DNA of 64,000 nucleotides from Candidatus Thorarchaeota archaeon (GTDB lineage Archaea; Asgardarchaeota; Thorarchaeia; Thorarchaeales; Thorarchaeaceae): NCBI GenBank assembly GCA_029855935.1, contig JAGSHN010000027.1, positions 121,348 to 185,347 of the forward strand, read 5' to 3'. Shown piece by piece: positions 41,427 to 49,536 of this stretch (position 1 is its first letter; each line of letters starts with the position of its first letter). The notes under the pieces were generated by a model. It saw only the letters and a program-made list of their open reading frames with translations, ran no database searches and was not told where the DNA came from. The position numbers and the translations under genes were made by a program.

Positions 41427-42653
41427 GTGACGAACCAGGATGCGGAGCGCAACGAGAAGCGGGTGTCATTTCGCCGTCTTGTGGACCTCCCGTCGACGAC
41501 TTTCGGGACCTTTGGACTCTATCGCTATCCTGCCAAGTTCATCCCCCACATCGTGGCCTATGTTGTGAAGCAATATGCCAGGCCGGGTGATTCCCTGTTC
41601 GACCCTTTTGCGGGTTACGGCACGGTAGGGACTGTGGCCCGTGTCTATGACCATCCATACGAGTTGTGGGACCTGTCGCCACTGCTTGAGGCCCTTCATC
41701 GCACGACACTGACGAGGCCGCGTCAGTTTGAGGTCCGGACTCTGGTCCGTCGGGTCGTGCAGTCGGACAACGAGTTCGTTCCAGACTGGAGTAACTTCCA
41801 GTTCTGGTTTCACGAGAGGTTCAGACCTCTACTCTGCAGAGCGTGGGGATATTATCATCAAGAAGCCAGCGAATACGAACGTAGTCTTCTAACAATTCCG
41901 CTGCTGAAGGTCAGTCGCGTGTTCTCTTACGATGACGAGGGGCGAATGAAGCTCTCTCGCTCGCCGCGTTCTCAACAACGAGTGATGAAATTGCTCCAAG
42001 GCGACTGGGAGGGAGAGTTCTCACTACTCCTTGAGAGGGAGATTCGAGTTCTGCTCAAGAGGCTCCGTGAGAGCTGGGAGCTGTCAGAGGCCTGTCCCCC
42101 GGGGGTGGCAAAGGGCGGGATTGACACTCTCACAGAGAGCCTGAAGACCGAACACGACATTCTCATCACATCGCCACCGTACCTCCAGAGTCAGGAGTAC
42201 ATCCGCTTCGCCAAGATGGACCTCTTCTGGCTCGGTCATAGCGAAGCGGAGGTGAAGAGACTGGCCTCACTGGAGCTACCCTATCGCAGGGTCGAGAAGG
42301 TAGACATTCACTCCCCCACATACTACGAGATCCGGGAGAGGCTCACCGAGCCTCGAATGCGCACCATATTTGACTCGTACTTCCACGGAGTGATTGGGTC
42401 GCTCAGCCGACTTGGTGAACAGATAACAAACAGAATGTGCGTCTTCGTCGGACGTGCCAGTATGAGAGGAATCCCGGTGCCAATAGACCGGATAGTCGCT
42501 GAACATATGTCCCACGATGGGTGGGAGCACGAGGTCACACTGGTCGACAGGATTGTCGCAAGAAGGATGTTCTCCTATCGCGTCAATCCCGCAACGGGTA
42601 GGACCGATCCCAGGACGCAGTCCGAGCGGCTTGTGGTCCTTAGGAGAAGATAG
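41427..42653 (+). CDS. Orphan DNA amino-methyltransferase (probably N4-cytosine)
   Basis: YRYPAKFIP, DPFAGYGT (SAM binding), ITSPPY (catalytic). Confidence 0.85.
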   Translation: MTNQDAERNEKRVSFRRLVDLPSTTFGTFGLYRYPAKFIPHIVAYVVKQYARPGDSLFDPFAGYGTVGTVARVYDHPYELWDLSPLLEALHRTTLTRPRQFEVRTLVRRVVQSDNEFVPDWSNFQFWFHERFRPLLCRAWGYYHQEASEYERSLLTIPLLKVSRVFSYDDEGRMKLSRSPRSQQRVMKLLQGDWEGEFSLLLEREIRVLLKRLRESWELSEACPPGVAKGGIDTLTESLKTEHDILITSPPYLQSQEYIRFAKMDLFWLGHSEAEVKRLASLELPYRRVEKVDIHSPTYYEIRERLTEPRMRTIFDSYFHGVIGSLSRLGEQITNRMCVFVGRASMRGIPVPIDRIVAEHMSHDGWEHEVTLVDRIVARRMFSYRVNPATGRTDPRTQSERLVVLRRR

Positions 42654-42693
42654 TCGCTCGGGGAACGCTTTGTCCCTATGACATACGGCCCTA

Positions 42694-43725
42694 TCACACT
42701 CGTGCCATTGTGAGGGCCATTATTGCCTTCTGGACGTGGAGCCGGTTCTCAGCAATGTCGTAGACTATTGAGCGAGGTCCATCGACCACCTCGTCGGTGA
42801 CCTCTGACCCTCTGTCCACAGGACCACAATGGATGAAGAACGCGTCGTTCGTCTTTGCCATCCACTCCTTCGTAGTGATCCACTCGTCGTGCTTCATCGC
42901 CATCTCTATCTCGCGTTTCTTTGCGGTATCCACTCCGTGTCGTCTGGCGTAGTCGTAGAAATGGGGGCTCATCCAGTTTCTCGAGTACACGAAGTCGGCT
43001 CCATCATACGCCTCCTCCAAGTCGTGGACTATCTCAAAGCTCCCACCGGAGATGGCTGCGTTGTCCTCGCACCACTGAATGACCTCAGGGTCGAGGTCGT
43101 ATCCCTCCGGATAGGCCAGTGTCACGTTCATCCCCATCTGGGTATTGATCAGGATGCTCTCCTGTACCGAGCACCACGACCGGACAAGGCCTCCCTTCGC
43201 CCACACCTGGAGGAGCTTCTTTCCTCGGAGGTTTCTCCCCGCGTGCATCCGCATCCCCATCACGTCGGCTAGACCTTGACACGGATGGAATCTGTCGTGA
43301 GCCATACTTATCACGGGAACACTCGCGTAGTGGGCGTACTCTCTCAGAAGCTGATCACCCTGCCCGTACTCCTCAATGGCGGTCTCAAGTATCCTGATAC
43401 CAATACCACAGGCGTAGCGGCTCATCACGTTTGCTGCGTCCTGGACGGTCTCGCCCGCTGTCTTGGCAGACTTCAGACGCATTGACTTGGGCTCCAGAAA
43501 CTGTGCGTGACCACCAAGCTCGGTTGCGGCGCACTCGAAGGACTGACGTGTCCTCACGCTCGGGTTGTAGAAGAACATGAAGAACGTCCTGCGGTCAAGA
43601 CAGTTCCTGAGAGGATGATCGAACCGGTGTTCCTTGAACTCAAATGCAAGGTCGAGAACACGCTCGAGTTCGTCGACCTTCCACTCCTGTGTCGTGATCA
43701 GGTCGCGTCCGTACAGGCTGTTCAT
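42694..43725 (-). CDS. Ornithine/N-acylornithine carbamoyltransferase-family protein
   Basis: NPSVRTRQSF, HPCQ, HCGP, AENRLH. Confidence 0.88.
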   Translation of the reverse strand: MNSLYGRDLITTQEWKVDELERVLDLAFEFKEHRFDHPLRNCLDRRTFFMFFYNPSVRTRQSFECAATELGGHAQFLEPKSMRLKSAKTAGETVQDAANVMSRYACGIGIRILETAIEEYGQGDQLLREYAHYASVPVISMAHDRFHPCQGLADVMGMRMHAGRNLRGKKLLQVWAKGGLVRSWCSVQESILINTQMGMNVTLAYPEGYDLDPEVIQWCEDNAAISGGSFEIVHDLEEAYDGADFVYSRNWMSPHFYDYARRHGVDTAKKREIEMAMKHDEWITTKEWMAKTNDAFFIHCGPVDRGSEVTDEVVDGPRSIVYDIAENRLHVQKAIMALTMARV

Positions 43726-43932
43726 CTCTCAATCACGGTGCTGTGAGAGAACGGCCGTGCTAATAGATGTGGCGTTGGACCGCTCCAGGCGTCGAATCGG
43801 GGACACAGTCCGGGAGTGTTCCTCTATTGGGTCTGGCCGTCTGTGGACCACAATATGAGATGACCAATCGTGACGGTATGAGAAACCTCATAACGCAGAT
43901 GACAGACTCAGCGCGCAGGAGAGTAGCGAGAG

Positions 43933-45117
43933 ATGCATCGTGAGATAACGCAAGGAGTCTACTACGTCGGTGTTGATGACACTCACACAGAGCTCTTCGA
44001 GGGACTATGGGCACTCCCCTTTGGGGTCTCGTACAACAGCTACCTCATCGTGGATGAGAAGATCGCCGTGGTCGAGACCGTGAAGGAGCCTTGGACAGAG
44101 GAGTGGCTCGACAACATCCGAGAGATCATCGACCCCTCGAAGATAGACTACATTGTTCTCAATCATATGGAGCCAGACCACACAGGCGCGCTGCCGCATA
44201 TAGCGAAGATTGCGCCCAACGCCACGATAGTGTACACTGAGCGCGCGTCAAAGTTCCAGAAGTCCTTCTACGATGTCACGCTCAAAGAGAGGATTGTAGA
44301 GGACCTTGAGGAACTGTCTCTGGGCTCTAAGACATTGAAGTTCGTTCACGCACCGTTCCTGCACTGGCCCGAGACAATGATGACCTATCTTGTCGAGGAC
44401 CAGATACTATTCAGCTGCGACGCCTTCGGGGCCTTCGGAGCACTCGGGGGCAGACTCTTCGACGACGAGGTCGATATGGCGCTGGTCGAGAAAGAGAGCA
44501 AGAGGTACGTCAGCACAATCATCACCAGCTACTTCAAGTTCGTCCAGAGGGGCATTCAGAAGGTGAAGGACCTCGGCATCGGGATAAAGATGGTGGCACC
44601 GTCTCACGGCCCCGTCTACCGAAAAGACCCGATGTGGGTGATCAACAAGTACGCTGAGTGGTCCTCGCCCGAGCTGGAGAAGTACTGTATCATCATCTAT
44701 GGGACGATGTACGGATTCAACCGCCGCGTGGCCATGAAGCTCAAGAGACAGCTGGAGGAGCGCGGGGTCAGAGTCATCATACATAATGTCTCCGTCTCTG
44801 AACCCAGCGAAGTGATCACCGATGCTGTGCGTGCTGGAGTGATAGTCCTCGGAACACCGACCTACGACGCATTTCCTTTCCCCCGTCTGTGGCATTTCGT
44901 AAATGAGATGCAGTGCAAGAGGCTCCAGAAGAGGCCTGTTGCCCTCTTCGGCACTTATGGTTGGGGTGGTGGCGGTGTCAAGAAGACCCGGGAGATGCTC
45001 ACAGAGATGAAGTTCGAGGTCCTCGAGCCAGTCATCCGGGTCAAGGGTCGTCCCACCGACGAAGAGGAGCGGCAGATTGGAGAGCTTGCTGACAGGATTG
45101 CTGAGGCGCTGAAATAG
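43933..45117 (+). CDS. fprA: Flavodiiron protein (FprA)
   Basis: HMEPDH, HWPE, SCDAFG, PSHG; flavodoxin domain TMYG and GTYGWGG. Confidence 0.95.
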   Translation: MHREITQGVYYVGVDDTHTELFEGLWALPFGVSYNSYLIVDEKIAVVETVKEPWTEEWLDNIREIIDPSKIDYIVLNHMEPDHTGALPHIAKIAPNATIVYTERASKFQKSFYDVTLKERIVEDLEELSLGSKTLKFVHAPFLHWPETMMTYLVEDQILFSCDAFGAFGALGGRLFDDEVDMALVEKESKRYVSTIITSYFKFVQRGIQKVKDLGIGIKMVAPSHGPVYRKDPMWVINKYAEWSSPELEKYCIIIYGTMYGFNRRVAMKLKRQLEERGVRVIIHNVSVSEPSEVITDAVRAGVIVLGTPTYDAFPFPRLWHFVNEMQCKRLQKRPVALFGTYGWGGGGVKKTREMLTEMKFEVLEPVIRVKGRPTDEEERQIGELADRIAEALK

Positions 45118-45223
45118 AGACAGGGTGCTCATCCCAACATTTTTCTTCGAGAGCGCTGAAGACGCAGAAGTCCGTAGGACAACTAGTCACTCTTGGAATG
45201 AGTGAGAGAAGGAGAGAAGAGAT

Positions 45224-45808
45224 ATGGATCTGAGAGGAACCGAGACAGAGAAGAATCTGCTGAAGTCCTTTGCAGGTGAGAGCCAGGCAAGAATGCGCTA
45301 CACATTCTGGGCCAGCGTTGCACGCAAAGAGGGGTACATGCAGATATCACAGGTCTTTCTCGAGACCGCCGACCAAGAGAAGGAACACGCAGAACGATTC
45401 TTCAAGTTCCTTGTCGAGGGCGGTGCCAGTCCCGAGGTGGAGATCACAGCTGCGTACCCGGCCGGACCGCTGGGTAGCACCCTTGAGAACCTGAGGGCCG
45501 CTGCAGCTGGCGAGTGGTACGAGCACTCCGAGATGTATCCCGGCTTTGCCGAGGTGGCCGAGAGAGAGGGATTCAAGACCATCGCCTTTGTGTGGCGAAA
45601 GATAGCGGAGGCGGAGAAGTGGCACCACGACAGATACAAGGTCCTCGCCGATAACCTCGAGCAGGGACGCACCTTCAAACGTGAGAAGAAGGTGAAGTGG
45701 CGCTGCATGAACTGTGGCTACATCCACGAGGGCGAGGAGCCGCCTGAGAGATGTCCCTCATGTGACCATCCCAAGGGCTACTTTATGATCCACACGGCAG
45801 AGTTCTGA
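45224..45808 (+). CDS. rbr: Rubrerythrin
   Basis: FAGESQA, EKEHA, EKWH, C-terminal CMNC..CPSCDH. Confidence 0.96.
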   Translation: MDLRGTETEKNLLKSFAGESQARMRYTFWASVARKEGYMQISQVFLETADQEKEHAERFFKFLVEGGASPEVEITAAYPAGPLGSTLENLRAAAAGEWYEHSEMYPGFAEVAEREGFKTIAFVWRKIAEAEKWHHDRYKVLADNLEQGRTFKREKKVKWRCMNCGYIHEGEEPPERCPSCDHPKGYFMIHTAEF

Positions 45809-45929
45809 CACCTATAGCGACGAGGGAGAGCATACCCGCAGAGGACGCTCTCCCCACCGCTCTGTCACCGTGGGTAAACGCATAACTAGTCTCGCCCAGC
45901 GGAGTAGTGGCAGGAGCGTGGAAGGCACA

Positions 45930-46799
45930 ATGCCAAGAAAGGTCAAGATAGGTCTCGTACAGGCCCAATGGGAAGGAGATGTCCAGTCGGACGACCAGAT
46001 TCGACAGGGCATCGAACAGACGCTTGAGAAGCACGAACGATTCGTCAAGCAGGCAGCGGACCAGGGTGTGCAGATACTCTGTTTCCAGGAGCTGTTCTTT
46101 GGCCCCTATTTTGCGGCAGAGCAGGACAGAAGGTGGTTCAAGTACGCGGAACCAATACCCGGCCCAGTCACGAAGAGGTTTGCAGCTCTTGCTCGCAAAT
46201 ACCGCACGGTAGTAATACTGCCCATATTCGAGATCGAGGCCCCAGGTGTCTACTACAACACATCGGTCGTGATTGACACGGACGGCGAGATAGTTGGGAT
46301 ATACCGCAAGAGCCACATCCCCCATCAGCCTCCTGGCTACTGGGAAAAGTTCTATTTCAGACCGGGAAATCTTGGCTATCCTGTCTTCGAGACCGAGTAC
46401 GCACTCGTCGGAGTCTATACCTGCTATGACAGACATTTCCCCGAGGGGGCACGAATACTCGGTCTGAACGGAGCAGAGATTGTGTTCAATCCCTCAGCCA
46501 CCACAAGAGGCCACTCTGACCATCTCTGGACGCTGGAGCAGTCTGCTCACGCCGTTGCCAACGGATACTACGTGGCCGCCATAAACAGGATTGGTGACGA
46601 GCCGTGGGGTATCGGCTACTTCTACGGATCGTCGTACATCGTCAACCCGAAGGGAGAGATAGTAGTCCAAGGCCCCGATGACAGAGAGGAGCTTGTCGTG
46701 GCTGAGGTGGACCTTGACCTGATAAGAGAGGTCAAGGACTACTGGCCGTTCTTCAGGGACAGACGACCGGATACGTACGATCAGATTCTAGAGCCCTGA
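45930..46799 (+). CDS. Nitrilase-superfamily C-N hydrolase (beta-ureidopropionase / N-carbamoylputrescine amidase-like)
   Basis: QELF (Glu), YRKSHIP (Lys), CYDRHFPE (Cys), FFRDRRP. Confidence 0.9.
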   Translation: MPRKVKIGLVQAQWEGDVQSDDQIRQGIEQTLEKHERFVKQAADQGVQILCFQELFFGPYFAAEQDRRWFKYAEPIPGPVTKRFAALARKYRTVVILPIFEIEAPGVYYNTSVVIDTDGEIVGIYRKSHIPHQPPGYWEKFYFRPGNLGYPVFETEYALVGVYTCYDRHFPEGARILGLNGAEIVFNPSATTRGHSDHLWTLEQSAHAVANGYYVAAINRIGDEPWGIGYFYGSSYIVNPKGEIVVQGPDDREELVVAEVDLDLIREVKDYWPFFRDRRPDTYDQILEP

Positions 46800-46859
46800 T
46801 GAGTCTATGCGGACTCGCCGAGCAGAACCGTTGAGAAACGTAAGGAGTGAGAGAGAAAG

Positions 46860-47042
46860 ATGAGCGATGAAAAGGAAAAAGTCTACAAGGTCTTTGTCGA
46901 GGCCGGAAAGCCCCTGCGACCAGGTGAGGCAGCGGAGCTTGCTGGTCTTGAGAAGACAAAGGTGTCCAAGATCATCAAGGAGCTGAAGAAGGAGGGCAGA
47001 ATACACTCGCCCAAACGCTGCTACTATGCCCCGAAGGAGTGA
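46860..47042 (+). CDS. Small winged-helix DNA-binding protein
   Basis: GKPLRPGEAAELAGLEKTKVSKIIKELKKEGRIHSPKRCYY. Confidence 0.85.
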   Translation: MSDEKEKVYKVFVEAGKPLRPGEAAELAGLEKTKVSKIIKELKKEGRIHSPKRCYYAPKE

Positions 47043-47085
47043 GCTCATAAGGTTCGGACGACCTAGACGGCACCCTTCCCAACGT

Positions 47086-47127
47086 GTATCGAGTCAACTC
47101 GATACGTGGGGTCAGCGGCCTATTAAG
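47086..47127 (+). promoter_or_regulatory. Operator-like palindrome plus TATA-like box upstream of the repeat-peptide gene
   Basis: GTATCGAGT-CA-ACTCGATAC (47086-47105) and TATTAAG (47121-47127). Confidence 0.55.
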
Positions 47128-47255
47128 CTCCACGTGTGACATAGGGAGTTGATCCAGTGGCAATGCCAGTGGATGCCTATTTTGCGTAGGAGGCTTGACT
47201 CCAACTATCCGCACGTGACAATCACGCTCTCCTCTCACAAGAGAGCGTGACAAAA

Positions 47256-47429
47256 ATGACGGCAACGAACGTCTCATCCGACTTTCCGGACCTCCCGGAT
47301 CCTCTCCCTTGGGAGGCGATGCCAGAGACCCCAGAGCCAGTGACTCCGTGGGAGGCAATGCCTGATCTTCCAGACCCCCTCCCCTGGAAGGCAATGCCGG
47401 AGACCCCAGAGCCAGTGACTCCTTGGTGA
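47256..47429 (+). CDS. 57-aa multi-core Pro/Trp repeat peptide (precursor-like)
   Basis: MTATNVSSD-FPDLPDPLPW-EA-MPETPEPVTPW-EA-MPDLPDPLPW-KA-MPETPEPVTPW. The repeat copies differ by 10 synonymous and 1 non-synonymous changes. Confidence 0.8.
   Translation: MTATNVSSDFPDLPDPLPWEAMPETPEPVTPWEAMPDLPDPLPWKAMPETPEPVTPW
47286..47426 (+). repeat. Tandem duplication with 75-nt period
   Basis: 47286-47351 aligns with 47361-47426 codon for codon. Confidence 0.9.
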
Positions 47430-47437
47430 GCGGATTC

Positions 47438-47492
47438 ATAGGGTCGCAGGACGCAGAGGGCGCCCTCTGGCCCTATCCCCTCCCCTTTTTTT
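47438..47492 (+). terminator. Stem-loop plus T7 tract terminator after the peptide gene
   Basis: ATAGGG...CAGAGGGCGCCCTCTG...CCCTAT, then a pyrimidine run ending in TTTTTTT (47486-47492). Confidence 0.65.
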
Positions 47493-47536
47493 CTCAAAGT
47501 TGATTAGGCCGAAGCCCAATCGGGAATCGACCCCCC

Positions 47537-49528
47537 ATGGATACTGGCCTTGGCTCGCTGCCCGTTAGAGCATACGTTGAGCGGACACCATACGACGCCA
47601 GTCTCAAATGGACACTGAAGGGGCCAACAATCGATGTGCCCTATGGGCCTGATGATGACGTCTTCATCATCCTCAGGCACAAGGTGCTTCCTCAGAGCGA
47701 TGGCTCATCAAAAGCCGTCCCTATGAGGCATCCCGTGCGAGTTCTCCTGACTCCATTTCTGATGAAATGGAGGCCGTATGTCAAGAGACTCACTGGGCCT
47801 GACCTGATGTATCCTCCAAGTAGCGAGAACTGGGCCACCCGCATGGTGGGCGCATCCACAATGGGGCTATTCGTGCTCCAGCAGACTGTCGATGATGAGC
47901 GCCTGTGGCTCACTGTACTGGACAGGGAGGGGGCAGTACACGAGGCCCATCTGATTGAACCGTATGAGGCGCCAGTCCTGGAGATGGAGGACGACTGGCT
48001 CGTGCTGATGAAACGATGGGACGAGATTCACCATGGGGGAGCATTGAAGGCAATGGCTGACATCCGGAAGTTGCTTGACGGTCCCCCGCCATCTTGGCGT
48101 GACCTCGCCCTCATAACAAGAGGCGCCCCCGTTGAGTCAGTCGAGATTGGTGCATCTATGCGCGAGACATTGCAGAGACTTGTCCCCAGCGAGCTGGGAG
48201 CCCAGATACGGGAGGAGACAATGGCTGCCCTTGCTTGGGTCGTCCGAAGGGGCCAGGAGAGGGGAGACCCTGTCGAGGTATTTCACAAGATTGGTGTGAC
48301 CAAGTGGTTTAGAAGCCTTCTGTTCGTATTCCAGTGGTGCGCGGTCGAGGGTATCAATCCCCCACCAGTGTTGGGAATTCTTCACGATGCTGTACGTGAG
48401 GGTGGGCTCAGCCCGTGGCTGTCTCGATCCTTCTCCATAAAGAGCGCCGCTGAGCTGATTGCCTTCGACAGGATTAGGGCGTCTATTCCAGAACGAGCAG
48501 AGAGGGTCTCAAGATACTCAAGAAACCTCACTAGAAGAGAGGGGGTCAGCCTTGCCCTCCCGGTCACGAAGAAAGAGGCGGCATCATCGGTTGAGAGGAT
48601 GCAGGACAGACTCGCTCTGCTGGCAATGGGGTACCATGTCCGTGTGCTTCTCATACCCCAGTCCGTTGGTCTCGTCGGGATATTGTCCCTCTCTCCAGCA
48701 TTCAGATGGCCGCACGAGCACATGGCATGGTCAGCATTTCTCTCTGGAGAGATTCCCAGCCTGAGATTCATCCAATACATCCTCGTTCCGCCATCCGCGA
48801 TAGAGACGCTGAAACGCGAGCTGAGCAACTCGTTCGAGGTCGGATGGACTGGCTATGTGACGAACGAGGCGCTGATGTACAGGAGAACTGGGACGTGGGA
48901 GTTCCGCAAGTCGAGAATCCTCCGCGCCCTTGGGACCGAGAGAAGCAGAAAAGACCTCGTGCGGCTGATTGGGGGCGCCTCGTCCCGCACGGTTGTCCAC
49001 CTTGATGACGAAGAAGTGAAAGCACTGGATGTTGCATCCAACAACCTGTTCTTGGCCCTCACAGAACTTGAGGAGTTCCAGAGAGTCTACGGTTTCACGA
49101 GCGAGCACCTTGAGGAGATACTGGACCGACTCTATCAGAAGCGAGTGATCGATGTCAGCTATAGAAGCTCGCTTCACGGTCTGACATCTGTACTCCTCCA
49201 CGTGACGGGCGAGCCTGGTGTCGTCCGTTCTGCTGTTCTTGCTCTCATGCGCCACTCCACATCCGCGCTAGGTGCTCTGTCTGGTGATGAGAGAGAGGGC
49301 GTCGTCATCCTCAAGGCCCGGCCCGAGGAGGCCCCATACCTGCTGGGTGATCTTCCTCGCGAGGCCGAGAAACGCGGCATAAGGATTCGCGCAGCACGGG
49401 TGGCGGCATACCGAAGCTATCTGAACAGCATCCTGACGAGGATTCACAGGCCTGACGGTACTTGGAAGGACGACGTGTCAATGGTCGTCAGGCAGCGATA
49501 CAGGTTCAGGCTCAGACCCAAGTCGTAG
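47537..49528 (+). CDS. Large protein with C-terminal tandem wHTH/Lrp-AsnC-like modules
   Basis: LDDEEVKALD...GFTSEHLEEILDRLYQKRVI followed by a beta-alpha (RAM-like) domain; earlier degenerate copy (..PQSVGL..). Confidence 0.6.
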   Translation: MDTGLGSLPVRAYVERTPYDASLKWTLKGPTIDVPYGPDDDVFIILRHKVLPQSDGSSKAVPMRHPVRVLLTPFLMKWRPYVKRLTGPDLMYPPSSENWATRMVGASTMGLFVLQQTVDDERLWLTVLDREGAVHEAHLIEPYEAPVLEMEDDWLVLMKRWDEIHHGGALKAMADIRKLLDGPPPSWRDLALITRGAPVESVEIGASMRETLQRLVPSELGAQIREETMAALAWVVRRGQERGDPVEVFHKIGVTKWFRSLLFVFQWCAVEGINPPPVLGILHDAVREGGLSPWLSRSFSIKSAAELIAFDRIRASIPERAERVSRYSRNLTRREGVSLALPVTKKEAASSVERMQDRLALLAMGYHVRVLLIPQSVGLVGILSLSPAFRWPHEHMAWSAFLSGEIPSLRFIQYILVPPSAIETLKRELSNSFEVGWTGYVTNEALMYRRTGTWEFRKSRILRALGTERSRKDLVRLIGGASSRTVVHLDDEEVKALDVASNNLFLALTELEEFQRVYGFTSEHLEEILDRLYQKRVIDVSYRSSLHGLTSVLLHVTGEPGVVRSAVLALMRHSTSALGALSGDEREGVVILKARPEEAPYLLGDLPREAEKRGIRIRAARVAAYRSYLNSILTRIHRPDGTWKDDVSMVVRQRYRFRLRPKS

Positions 49529-49536
49529 CCCGCAAT

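Noticed and set aside
47163-47189. Tiny upstream ORF MPVDAYFA in the peptide-gene leader
   Set aside because: Eight codons is within chance expectation, and there is no independent support.
47286-47426. CRISPR array or DNA-level VNTR
   Set aside because: There are no unique spacers, and the differences are almost all synonymous third positions, indicating a protein-level repeat.
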